Source: a virus. Taken from it: DNA of 43,795 bases. The position numbers and the translations under genes are program-made. Positions 32,645 through 39,270 of the stretch are shown here, piece after piece. Where the stretch lies: IMG/VR virus record IMGVR_UViG_3300025018_000036, positions 1-43,795 of that record. The stretch is one strand, 5' to 3'. Numbering within the stretch: position 1 is the stretch's first letter; every line of letters starts with the position of its first letter. The notes under the pieces were generated by a model, which made no database searches, was not told where the DNA came from, and saw only the letters and a list, made by a program, of their open reading frames with translations.

Positions 32645-33975
32645 GATTGATTCCTTTCCTGGGTTGATTTGTCGGCAAGCTGTTTCATGTAGGTAAGCAT
32701 GCCCATTTTAGACTGATTCAGGACAGGCTCGAGCGCATATCTCACCGCGTCCCATATATGGTTGTGTTTGTCCTCGATATCTGCGGTGGGTTCCTTCGTG
32801 AGTCTGTCCAGCTTGTAACAGTAGAGGCGGGCCTCCTCGATGGTATGTTTGCACCGAGGGTGAATAACGACGCACTCGAAGCTCCGGATGAATGCGATGC
32901 CGTCCTCCACACTGCCTGGAGCCTTGGTGGCCTTCACCACGTTTCCATACCCGTGGCGGTTCAGGTAGCTGATGGTCTCGGGGCGTGCACTGTCCGCCCG
33001 GATGGGTCTGCGTTTGGCCCCGGATACCTTGTCGTAGAAGGCGGGCAGGTGGTCAATCTCAATGCCGACCCCGTACGCCTCCTCGCAGACATACAGCTTG
33101 TTGTCGCAGATGTACAGCTTCACCAGCGTACTCGGATCAGTGGAGAACCCGAAGTCAGCACCGAAGTACGGACCATCCCACTCAGGCTCGGGCGCGAAGA
33201 CGTCCACCTTGTACTTGCCCCGGAGCACCTGTGCTGCACTGTTGCGCCTGAAGCCTCCGCCCCATACGTGCTCCGCAGCCTCGGGGTCAATGCGGTACAG
33301 GTAGTCCTTCTCGCGCCGGAGCTCCTCAGGGAACCACGGGTTGTCCTCCCAGCCTATCTTCACGATGACTGAGTCGGGTGGTGGCTCCTTCTCCAGGAAC
33401 ATCACACTGGTCGGGTCGGTCTGTTCACCGGGGTTGAACGACACCCATATCTCACTTCCGGGCTTGCGTATGGTGGGTATCAGCACACTCCACGAGTGCT
33501 TGGATATGTTTTCCGCCTCCTCCACCCAGCAGATATCGATCCCCTCAAACGACTTGATACTGGTGACGTTATTCCGTATGCCCGCAAAGTAGAACTCAGA
33601 GCCAACATCGTTGACAATGGTTTTCTTCTGCACCTGATATATCGCCTGCATGTTGGGCGACGACATTATCTGGTCGGTCAGTAGCTTGTGCACCGACTCG
33701 CTGATAGATACCTGGAGCTCCCGTGCGCACAGTATCCGTAGAGGCTTCTCGCACGCCTTCAGCAGCAGGGCACGCGCAAAGCCCCACGACTTCGCGCCAC
33801 CCCGACCCCCATGCGCCACCTTGTACCGGGCAGGCTGGAACAGGAACTGGAGCTTCTCAGGGAACTGCCACTTGTCCAACTGGGCCTCGGTAGGGGCGTC
33901 CCGTTTGTAGTGGTCCTTATACGGACCAACAGGAGCCACAGGCGGGGCCAAGAGCTCCTCAACCGTGTAGGCCAT
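32641..33975 (-). CDS. terL: Terminase large subunit (PBSX / Terminase_3-like)
   Basis: Walker A context is YKVAHGGRGGAKSWGFARALL, followed by ILCARE. The nuclease half carries conserved acidic residues. Confidence 0.9.
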   Translation of the reverse strand: MAYTVEELLAPPVAPVGPYKDHYKRDAPTEAQLDKWQFPEKLQFLFQPARYKVAHGGRGGAKSWGFARALLLKACEKPLRILCARELQVSISESVHKLLTDQIMSSPNMQAIYQVQKKTIVNDVGSEFYFAGIRNNVTSIKSFEGIDICWVEEAENISKHSWSVLIPTIRKPGSEIWVSFNPGEQTDPTSVMFLEKEPPPDSVIVKIGWEDNPWFPEELRREKDYLYRIDPEAAEHVWGGGFRRNSAAQVLRGKYKVDVFAPEPEWDGPYFGADFGFSTDPSTLVKLYICDNKLYVCEEAYGVGIEIDHLPAFYDKVSGAKRRPIRADSARPETISYLNRHGYGNVVKATKAPGSVEDGIAFIRSFECVVIHPRCKHTIEEARLYCYKLDRLTKEPTADIEDKHNHIWDAVRYALEPVLNQSKMGMLTYMKQLADKSTQERNQS

Positions 33976-33978
33976 ACC

Positions 33979-34428
33979 CTAGTCCGCCTTTTTGTCCGCG
34001 ACGTCTGTAGGCGGGAGCAGTGCTGCGGGTGGTGGGGCCTTGACAAACTCCACAAGAAACCGCGTGCCCAGCCCAGCCGCAGCACCCGGAGTCGGAGTGC
34101 GGAGCTCGATACTGCTGATCTTCGCATGCAGGTATGGCGCAGCCTTCTCGGCATAGGGGAACGCGGCGATTGGCCCGCCCAGCCTGTACGCCCTGCGCAT
34201 GGCCTCAATCATCACGTCCAGAGGGGTCGCACTGGTGGGGAGCTCGGGCATGGGCTCTTCACCCCAGTTTCCTTTGATGGCTAACCCCTTGTTGATGCGA
34301 TCCGCCGCCTTGCTCGCCGCACCCCGTGTCCGTGCCCGTGCTGTGGGCTTGGACCCCGGCCGACCGGGTGGCTTCTTCACAGGGGCCTTCTTCGCAGGCG
34401 GTTTCTTGATCAGTGACCGGGTGCTCAT
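33979..34428 (-). CDS. Terminase small subunit candidate
   Basis: Lies immediately upstream of terL. The N-terminus is basic (KKPPAKKAPVKKPPGRPG). The C-terminal AEKAAPYLHAKISS box is common in small terminases. RBS is GAAGGAAG. Confidence 0.6.
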   Translation of the reverse strand: MSTRSLIKKPPAKKAPVKKPPGRPGSKPTARARTRGAASKAADRINKGLAIKGNWGEEPMPELPTSATPLDVMIEAMRRAYRLGGPIAAFPYAEKAAPYLHAKISSIELRTPTPGAAAGLGTRFLVEFVKAPPPAALLPPTDVADKKAD

Positions 34429-34494
34429 TATCTTCCTTCGACAGTTATCGGACTGGGATTAGTATGGCATATCCGTTAATCTGCAGTGCCGTTC

Positions 34495-34588
34495 GTCAGC
34501 TATTTCAACTGAAGTCGTCAGCTATTTCAACTGAAGTCGTCAGCTATTTCAACTGAAGTCGTCAGCTATTTCAACTGAAGTCGTCAGC
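34495..34588. repeat. Tandem 22-bp direct repeats x4 plus a 6-bp partial copy (iteron-like)
   Basis: GTCAGCTATTTCAACTGAAGTC occurs at 34495, 34517, 34539 and 34561, then GTCAGC. All copies are perfect. The last copy contains the final codons and stop of the gene at 34571..35122. Confidence 0.95.
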
Positions 34589-35122
34589 AGCGTTTTCCGC
34601 CGGGCCATCGTCGTCCGTCTGTGGGGGTGTGCGCAGAGACCGCCACATTTCGTTGAACCTTGATTTCCCGCCACCTGGAGCACCACCATACCTCTTCAGC
34701 CCATCCAGGATTTCACCCATATCCGCAGGTGCTGGCGTGAAAGTATGTAAGTGAATATCAAGACCCCACGAGATGATATCCGCCGATAACCTGCTCCCAT
34801 ATTCTGTATGAATAAAGGCTAGGCTTAATTGCACGACCGGTTCCTGAGCAGTTCCATATCTTGACCGGTTCCAGTTGAATGGAACTGCTCCCGATTTCTT
34901 CACCGTTAGTTCTTGTGAACCTTCAAACGAGTTGGCACTGGTGGCACTGGTGGCCCCGTTTGGTCCGTTGCTAGGCTGGCCGACGATTTGCGTTGTTTTA
35001 TTCACTGGTTCCATCTTTCTATATTCGGGAAGTGTGGAGCGGTGCCAGTACCCCATAAAGGGGTGGTACTGGAACCACTCGCTTCCACTGAGCAGTTCCG
35101 GCTCTACTGGAACTGGTTCCAT
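34571..35122 (-). CDS. Hypothetical protein (183 aa) with acidic C-terminal tail; the coding region carries ori-like repeats
   Basis: Starts at ATG 35122 with a weak RBS. Ends ...PPQTDDDGPAENAADDFS. The region is visibly AT-richer and full of inverted repeats. Confidence 0.5.
   Translation of the reverse strand: MEPVPVEPELLSGSEWFQYHPFMGYWHRSTLPEYRKMEPVNKTTQIVGQPSNGPNGATSATSANSFEGSQELTVKKSGAVPFNWNRSRYGTAQEPVVQLSLAFIHTEYGSRLSADIISWGLDIHLHTFTPAPADMGEILDGLKRYGGAPGGGKSRFNEMWRSLRTPPQTDDDGPAENAADDFS
34835..34890. repeat. Nested repeats: GACCGGTTCC x2 and inverted pair GAGCAGTTCC / GGAACTGCTC
   Basis: GACCGGTTCC at 34835 and 34863. GAGCAGTTCC at 34846..34855 is inverted at 34881..34890. CAGTTGAA (34873..34880) is the reverse complement of the iteron core TTCAACTG. 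Confidence 0.85.
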
Positions 35123-35137
35123 ATGATGGAACTGCTC
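35090..35137. repeat. Second inverted pair GAGCAGTTCC / GGAACTGCTC spanning the start codon at 35122
   Basis: GAGCAGTTCC at 35090..35099 and GGAACTGCTC at 35128..35137, the same 10-mer as at 34846 and 34881. Confidence 0.85.
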
Positions 35138-35146
35138 GTTTGTTAA

Positions 35147-37480
35147 TCACTTTTTGCGCTCTTGTACGAGTAATTTTGCATATGCCCTGCCGTCCGTTGT
35201 CAGCCTGCACATGCGAGCACCCCGTGGGCCATCTTCCATTTCCACGTAGTCATGTGAGTCGGCCCAGTCCATAATCTCTTGCATGTTGCGCTTGTGCACA
35301 TGCGCCCCGACAGAGAGCTGTGTGCTGGTGGCAAAGTCGTCCAGGCTGAGCATGTACATCAGCACCTTGTTTGCGTACGTGCGCATTACCGTTTCGGCTT
35401 GCTCGGCTTTGGCCTCTTGCCGTGCTGCAGCTATCTGCCCATCACCCAACGGTACGATTTCCGGCCGGGGGATGAGGAGTGGCCCCCTGCGCTCAAACAC
35501 CTGCTGTTCCATAGGTGCCGAGTAGTTGTGCTTCACGTGCTGCGTGACCACGTACCGGCTGGACGTTTCCCGGCTGGGGGGTAGCCCGTACATGGGGGCG
35601 TCCTTGGCTGGCATGGACATGCACACGGTCACAGAGCGGGCGTTGTCCGCAAAGCTGGACGCACCCCTCAGCGCTCCTTGGTTAATCTCGCCTAGGGACA
35701 CCCACGACGCCGCCTTGGACATATGGTGCAGCACCACCACAGCACAATCCCCTTGCTTTGCTATGGCCCCGAGCATCTGCATGTATGCGGCCATGTCGGC
35801 GATGTTGTTCTCTTCTAGCTGGTGGGTGTACACAGCAGGGTCAAGGACTAGGAGCTTGATGCCCGCGTGCCGTATCAGGCCAATGAGCCAGTCCACCCGG
35901 TCGGTGCGCTCGGCCGCACTGTACCGATCCACCTTGTTTGCCAGCACCCACGCAAGGGCCTCTTCATCGGCTGCGTACATATGCAGGTTCTTGCGCACGC
36001 TGCCCCGTATGTCGTGCAACAGATCAAGCATCCCATCGTCCTGCTCAGTGAGGGCCTTGGTCAGCGCATGTACGCGTCCATGTAGCTCTTGCTTATCATC
36101 CTCATACGACACGTACAGGCTTCGCAGTGGCTCGTTAACTGTGAAGCCCGCCCAGCCCTTGCCCAGTGCAGCGTGAACCAGTAGATGGAGCATAAGCATG
36201 GACTTGGAGACGCCACCTGGACCCGCCACGACCGTGACCTTGCCCACCGGAGCGAACTGGGGGATTGCCCACTCCCTAGGGACAGGTGCACTATCAAGCA
36301 TGCGACCGAGATCTGCCTTGCCCAGAAACGTGTCGTAGTCATCCAGTACGCCTGCCTCAGTCTGCTGTTCGGGAGTAAGGTGTTTGTTCTCAGTGAGCCA
36401 CCGGACGAGCCCGGCGAAGGTGAGATGAGGAACACCATCCACATCAGGAGCAGTGTCAAAGCACTTAACAGCCGGACGAGGATTCCCATCGAAGTGGGCC
36501 TCGTAGTACACAGTCTGAGTTTCATTTTCTGCCTCGTGTTGGTCCAGGTGCGGGCACGTGATGAAGTGCATGCCCTTGTGTTTGGGATTGGGTTGCAGGT
36601 ACAGGCCAGCCGCCTTCAGGGCGTGCAGGATGGGGTCTGTCTTGACGTCGTCGGGTATGTCGGCGGGGGCCTTGCCTCGGGGCGCGTCAAACTGGGTCAC
36701 TGGTGCCCATGCCTTGCCCGTGGCGTACCCCTCGTAGAAGGTGCCCCCCTTGAGCCGGGTGGGCAGGTACATCGGCTGCGACAGCACCCACGACTCGGGC
36801 CTGCACCAGTCGTCCAGTTCTAGGGTGCGTGCTGCCTTGATGGTGCTGGCCTTGAGCGCTGCCTGCATGTGGTCTGCATCGCCCTCTATGGCCTTGCCCA
36901 ACGGCAGGACTACACGGTAACGGGGCCTGTCCGGGGTGTGGCTGATGCTGGTGTACACCCAGCCCTCGCCCTTGAGTGCCTTCAGCCGTTTGAGCACTTC
37001 CTCGGGTGGGTCAGGCTGTTCGCCCGTGGGGTCGTCTTGCTCGATGTCCAGCGTGAGCAGGGTGCGCGACGTTACGTTACGGTCGTCACGTTTGCCCTCT
37101 AGCGTACCGCCGACGAAGTACGGCAAGTGTTTCTTGACGTTGCTGCGTTCCTTCTTGGGACTGTTGTGGTACGTGATGGAGGGCACGTCTAGCTGGAAGG
37201 GCTTGCGGTAGGCCTCACGCAGGTCGGCAAGGGTGGCTTCCTCATCAGACGCTAGAACGCGCGTGTTGAGAACGCCACCTTGCGTGACGTAGCTGTAGGG
37301 GTTGTTCATTGATAGGTGTCTCTGTTCCGTGGTGGGGTTGCTATTGTGCCCCCGAGCGTACCCGCGTACATGGGGTCCCCCGATACCATCGGTATCCATG
37401 CAGGGCTGGGCGTGCTGGGGTACAGTGCCTCCTGTGCCCCCGCCACCCTCCAGACCCCTCACTGGCAAGTCTGTTTCCAT
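35147..37480 (-). CDS. Primase-helicase: AEP-type primase domain fused to a RepA/DnaB-like (AAA_25) P-loop helicase
   Basis: AEP motifs are LTLDIEQ (D-x-E) and YTSISH (S-x-H). Walker A is VVAGPGGVSKS, followed by LYVSYEDD. ATG 37480 is preceded by CAAGGAACCACC, the conserved early RBS motif. Confidence 0.8.
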   Translation of the reverse strand: METDLPVRGLEGGGGTGGTVPQHAQPCMDTDGIGGPHVRGYARGHNSNPTTEQRHLSMNNPYSYVTQGGVLNTRVLASDEEATLADLREAYRKPFQLDVPSITYHNSPKKERSNVKKHLPYFVGGTLEGKRDDRNVTSRTLLTLDIEQDDPTGEQPDPPEEVLKRLKALKGEGWVYTSISHTPDRPRYRVVLPLGKAIEGDADHMQAALKASTIKAARTLELDDWCRPESWVLSQPMYLPTRLKGGTFYEGYATGKAWAPVTQFDAPRGKAPADIPDDVKTDPILHALKAAGLYLQPNPKHKGMHFITCPHLDQHEAENETQTVYYEAHFDGNPRPAVKCFDTAPDVDGVPHLTFAGLVRWLTENKHLTPEQQTEAGVLDDYDTFLGKADLGRMLDSAPVPREWAIPQFAPVGKVTVVAGPGGVSKSMLMLHLLVHAALGKGWAGFTVNEPLRSLYVSYEDDKQELHGRVHALTKALTEQDDGMLDLLHDIRGSVRKNLHMYAADEEALAWVLANKVDRYSAAERTDRVDWLIGLIRHAGIKLLVLDPAVYTHQLEENNIADMAAYMQMLGAIAKQGDCAVVVLHHMSKAASWVSLGEINQGALRGASSFADNARSVTVCMSMPAKDAPMYGLPPSRETSSRYVVTQHVKHNYSAPMEQQVFERRGPLLIPRPEIVPLGDGQIAAARQEAKAEQAETVMRTYANKVLMYMLSLDDFATSTQLSVGAHVHKRNMQEIMDWADSHDYVEMEDGPRGARMCRLTTDGRAYAKLLVQERKK

Positions 37481-37580
37481 GGTGGTTCCTTGTATTCGCC
37501 CGTGAGTGGGGTGGTGGGGGCATCTTTCTCGCGGTGGTTCCCTTGTGGCGGTTGTGCTTGCACTGTTGGCCCGCCTTTCA

Positions 37581-37616
37581 GCCCCCTGTTGTTCACTCGG
37601 CAGGGGGTTTTTCTTT
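37581..37616 (+). terminator. Terminator-like hairpin with no upstream plus-strand gene
   Basis: GCCCCCTG-12 nt-CAGGGGG followed by TTTTTCTTT. It sits 13 nt upstream of the TTGACA box. Confidence 0.5.
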
Positions 37617-37628
37617 GCCTGTGCTTCA

Positions 37629-37674
37629 TTGACAGTTCAGACTATTCTGGGAATATTTGAAGAAAGTTCTTGCG
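37629..37674 (+). promoter_or_regulatory. Early promoter/operator module B (sigma70-like)
   Basis: TTGACA (37629..37634), a 17-nt spacer, then AATATT (37652..37657). This is followed by TGAAGAAAGTTCTTGCG (37658..37674), which is identical to 9684..9700. Confidence 0.6.
37641..37665. repeat. 25-bp inverted repeat, left copy (partner 38187..38211)
   Basis: ACTATTCTGGGAATATTTGAAGAAA is the exact reverse complement of 38187..38211. Confidence 0.9.
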
Positions 37675-37692
37675 TTGCGTGAAGGAACCCAC

Positions 37693-37733
37693 GACACTTG
37701 AATCAACAGCAACCCACCGGAGAAACCCAAATG
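37693..37733 (+). repeat. 41-bp direct repeat (leader + RBS + ATG), copy 1 (partner 38237..38277)
   Basis: GACACTTGAATCAACAGCAACCCACCGGAGAAACCCAAATG is identical at both positions. Confidence 0.9.
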
Positions 37734-37883
37734 TCCCAACAGCAAATCGCCCTCGCCAACGCAATGGAAACCCAGCGTCCCTTCTCATGGCTGCGCTGCA
37801 TGGCTCACAAAACCCATTGCGTGCAGGCTGGTGTCTACATCACGTACACGCAAGAGTACTTCGCAAAGTACATCGCCAAGTAA
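37731..37883 (+). CDS. Hypothetical early protein (50 aa)
   Basis: ATG 37731 follows GGAGAAACCCAA. The longer track ORF starts at a TTG inside the leader. Confidence 0.5.
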   Translation: MSQQQIALANAMETQRPFSWLRCMAHKTHCVQAGVYITYTQEYFAKYIAK

Positions 37884-37890
37884 TCAACCC

Positions 37891-37904
37891 GCCCCTTCGG
37901 GGGC
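37891..37904 (+). other. GC stem with UUCG tetraloop (GCCCC-TTCG-GGGGC)
   Basis: The 17-nt string CCGCCCCTTCGGGGGCA (37889..37905) recurs exactly at 39229..39245. Confidence 0.7.
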
Positions 37905-37923
37905 ACCCCTAGGAGAAACCACC

Positions 37924-38139
37924 ATGTCCAAGTACCTCGAACTCACACCGAACAAAACATACGCAACCGCAGCCAATGCCATCAAGGCAGTGGAAAAGGT
38001 CTTCCCGCCCACAGGCGACAACAACCTCACATATTTTCTGGCCCGCACGTTGGACGAAAAGGCCCGGTTCTTCCCAGTGTTCCTCGGGGAACGCGCAGTG
38101 CAGCACGGTGCACACTTCCACTTCAACGTCGCGGGCTGA
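37924..38139 (+). CDS. Hypothetical early protein (71 aa)
   Basis: ATG 37924 follows TAGGAGAAACCACC. Confidence 0.55.
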   Translation: MSKYLELTPNKTYATAANAIKAVEKVFPPTGDNNLTYFLARTLDEKARFFPVFLGERAVQHGAHFHFNVAG

Positions 38140-38164
38140 GTGCCCGTCACCCTGCCCCACGCAC

Positions 38165-38183
38165 AAGGCCCTTCGGGGCCTTT
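38165..38183 (+). terminator. Hairpin terminator with UUCG tetraloop
   Basis: AAGGCCC-TTCG-GGGCCTT followed by T. Confidence 0.6.
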
Positions 38184-38186
38184 AGA

Positions 38187-38211
38187 TTTCTTCAAATATT
38201 CCCAGAATAGT
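38187..38211. repeat. 25-bp inverted repeat, right copy
   Basis: TTTCTTCAAATATTCCCAGAATAGT is the reverse complement of 37641..37665. Confidence 0.9.
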
Positions 38212-38219
38212 TCTAGGAT
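38191..38219 (+). promoter_or_regulatory. Weak sigma70-like promoter candidate (module C)
   Basis: TTCAAA (38191..38196), a 17-nt spacer, then TAGGAT (38214..38219). It overlaps the right inverted repeat and lies upstream of the second leader copy. Confidence 0.35.
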
Positions 38220-38236
38220 GTTCTTTGGTTTGCCCT

Positions 38237-38277
38237 GACACTTGAATCAACAGCAACCCACCGGAGAAACCCAAATG
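38237..38277 (+). repeat. 41-bp direct repeat, copy 2
   Basis: Identical to 37693..37733. Confidence 0.9.
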
Positions 38278-38478
38278 CCCAACGCAGAACACAACCGCAC
38301 CATCCAAATCAAGCACCTGGAAGGCAAGCGTGCAGGCACTGTCACCCCGTACCGTATCACCGTTCGCTGCGCCGAGTCAGATAAAGCCCTCACGCAAGAA
38401 CTGCTGGAAATGTTCTGGCCTGTTGGCAGCACGCACAGCCACTATCTGTTCGGTCGCATCCAAGTTGTCGCAATCTAA
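38275..38478 (+). CDS. Hypothetical early protein (67 aa)
   Basis: ATG 38275 follows GGAGAAACCCAA. Confidence 0.5.
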   Translation: MPNAEHNRTIQIKHLEGKRAGTVTPYRITVRCAESDKALTQELLEMFWPVGSTHSHYLFGRIQVVAI

Positions 38479-38495
38479 CCCCAAGGAGAACCACC

Positions 38496-38804
38496 ATGGC
38501 CCACATTGAAACCGTCAAACTGTCCGTCCGTCAAGATGGCACCCCTTGGTACGCCCAAGACATGCCACTGGCCGAGGCTGTCAAGCGCATCCACACCCTT
38601 GGCCGCAAGCGCACTGTCTTCCTCGCAGTGAACCACAAAGCCCCCGACGCCACCAAGGAGGACAGCTACTGGCCTGTTTACGGCACCGTCAAGGTGAACC
38701 GTGCCGTGGCCGAGGCCTTTGTGAAGTCCGCGTACGAGCACTTCGACAAGCGTGGGGCACTCGTCCACCTGTCATGGTGCGACACCTGCCTGTTCGTGGG
38801 TTGA
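38496..38804 (+). CDS. Hypothetical protein (102 aa)
   Basis: ATG follows CAAGGAGAACCACC. Confidence 0.6.
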   Translation: MAHIETVKLSVRQDGTPWYAQDMPLAEAVKRIHTLGRKRTVFLAVNHKAPDATKEDSYWPVYGTVKVNRAVAEAFVKSAYEHFDKRGALVHLSWCDTCLFVG

Positions 38805-38877
38805 GTGCCCAGCCGCCTAGCCCCTGCACCGGGGGTTATGGGCTGCGCACTTTCGCCAGCACCACAAGGAGAACCAC

Positions 38878-39198
38878 ATGAACCCCGAAGAAAAGCAGGC
38901 AGTCGCCTCCATCACTCCGAGCAAGGTGTTCCGCTACGAACTGCGCCTGCGGGTGTTGGCTGCGGTAGTACCGGGCAAGCCCATCCTCGCGCACAACCGG
39001 CTGGAACTGGTGGACTTGCTGGTGGCCACCAGCCCGGACATCGAGGCCCTGGACCCCGTACGTGAGGCCATGATCCACGGCAAGGACCGCAACTGGCCCG
39101 ACCACCCGCACGTCCGCGCAGTGGTGGAGGCCACCCTTGCCATGCACCCTGAGCAGCGATGGGGCGTGGTTGTTGAATTTGCGTACGTGTGCCCGTAG
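38878..39198 (+). CDS. Hypothetical protein (106 aa)
   Basis: ATG follows CAAGGAGAACCAC. Confidence 0.6.
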   Translation: MNPEEKQAVASITPSKVFRYELRLRVLAAVVPGKPILAHNRLELVDLLVATSPDIEALDPVREAMIHGKDRNWPDHPHVRAVVEATLAMHPEQRWGVVVEFAYVCP

Positions 39199-39230
39199 TA
39201 CACTAGACCACGCGCCACCATGCGTCTACC

Positions 39231-39244
39231 GCCCCTTCGGGGGC
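39231..39244 (+). other. GC stem with UUCG tetraloop, second copy of the 17-nt element
   Basis: CCGCCCCTTCGGGGGCA at 39229..39245. Confidence 0.7.
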
Positions 39245-39270
39245 ATTCTGTTATCACCAAGGAAACCACC

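Noticed and set aside
34495-34588. Tandem repeats as a CRISPR array
   Set aside because: The units are directly adjacent with no spacers, are only 22 bp long, and no cas genes are present.
37309-37309. ATG 37309 as the sole primase start
   Set aside because: Not rejected outright, but ranked second. The upstream in-frame ATG 37480 carries the conserved AAGGAACCACC motif, whereas 37309 has a poor RBS. Both may be used.
37495-37525. G-rich tract (GTGGGGTGGTGGGGG) as a G-quadruplex
   Set aside because: There are only two runs of three or more G, plus short GG runs. This does not meet the four-run requirement.
38187-38211. Right inverted repeat as an active minus-strand promoter (antisense to 37924..38139)
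   Set aside because: It carries the AATATT -10 in reverse orientation, but the corresponding -35 position reads GAACAT, a poor match to TTGACA. It is kept only as a possible operator copy.
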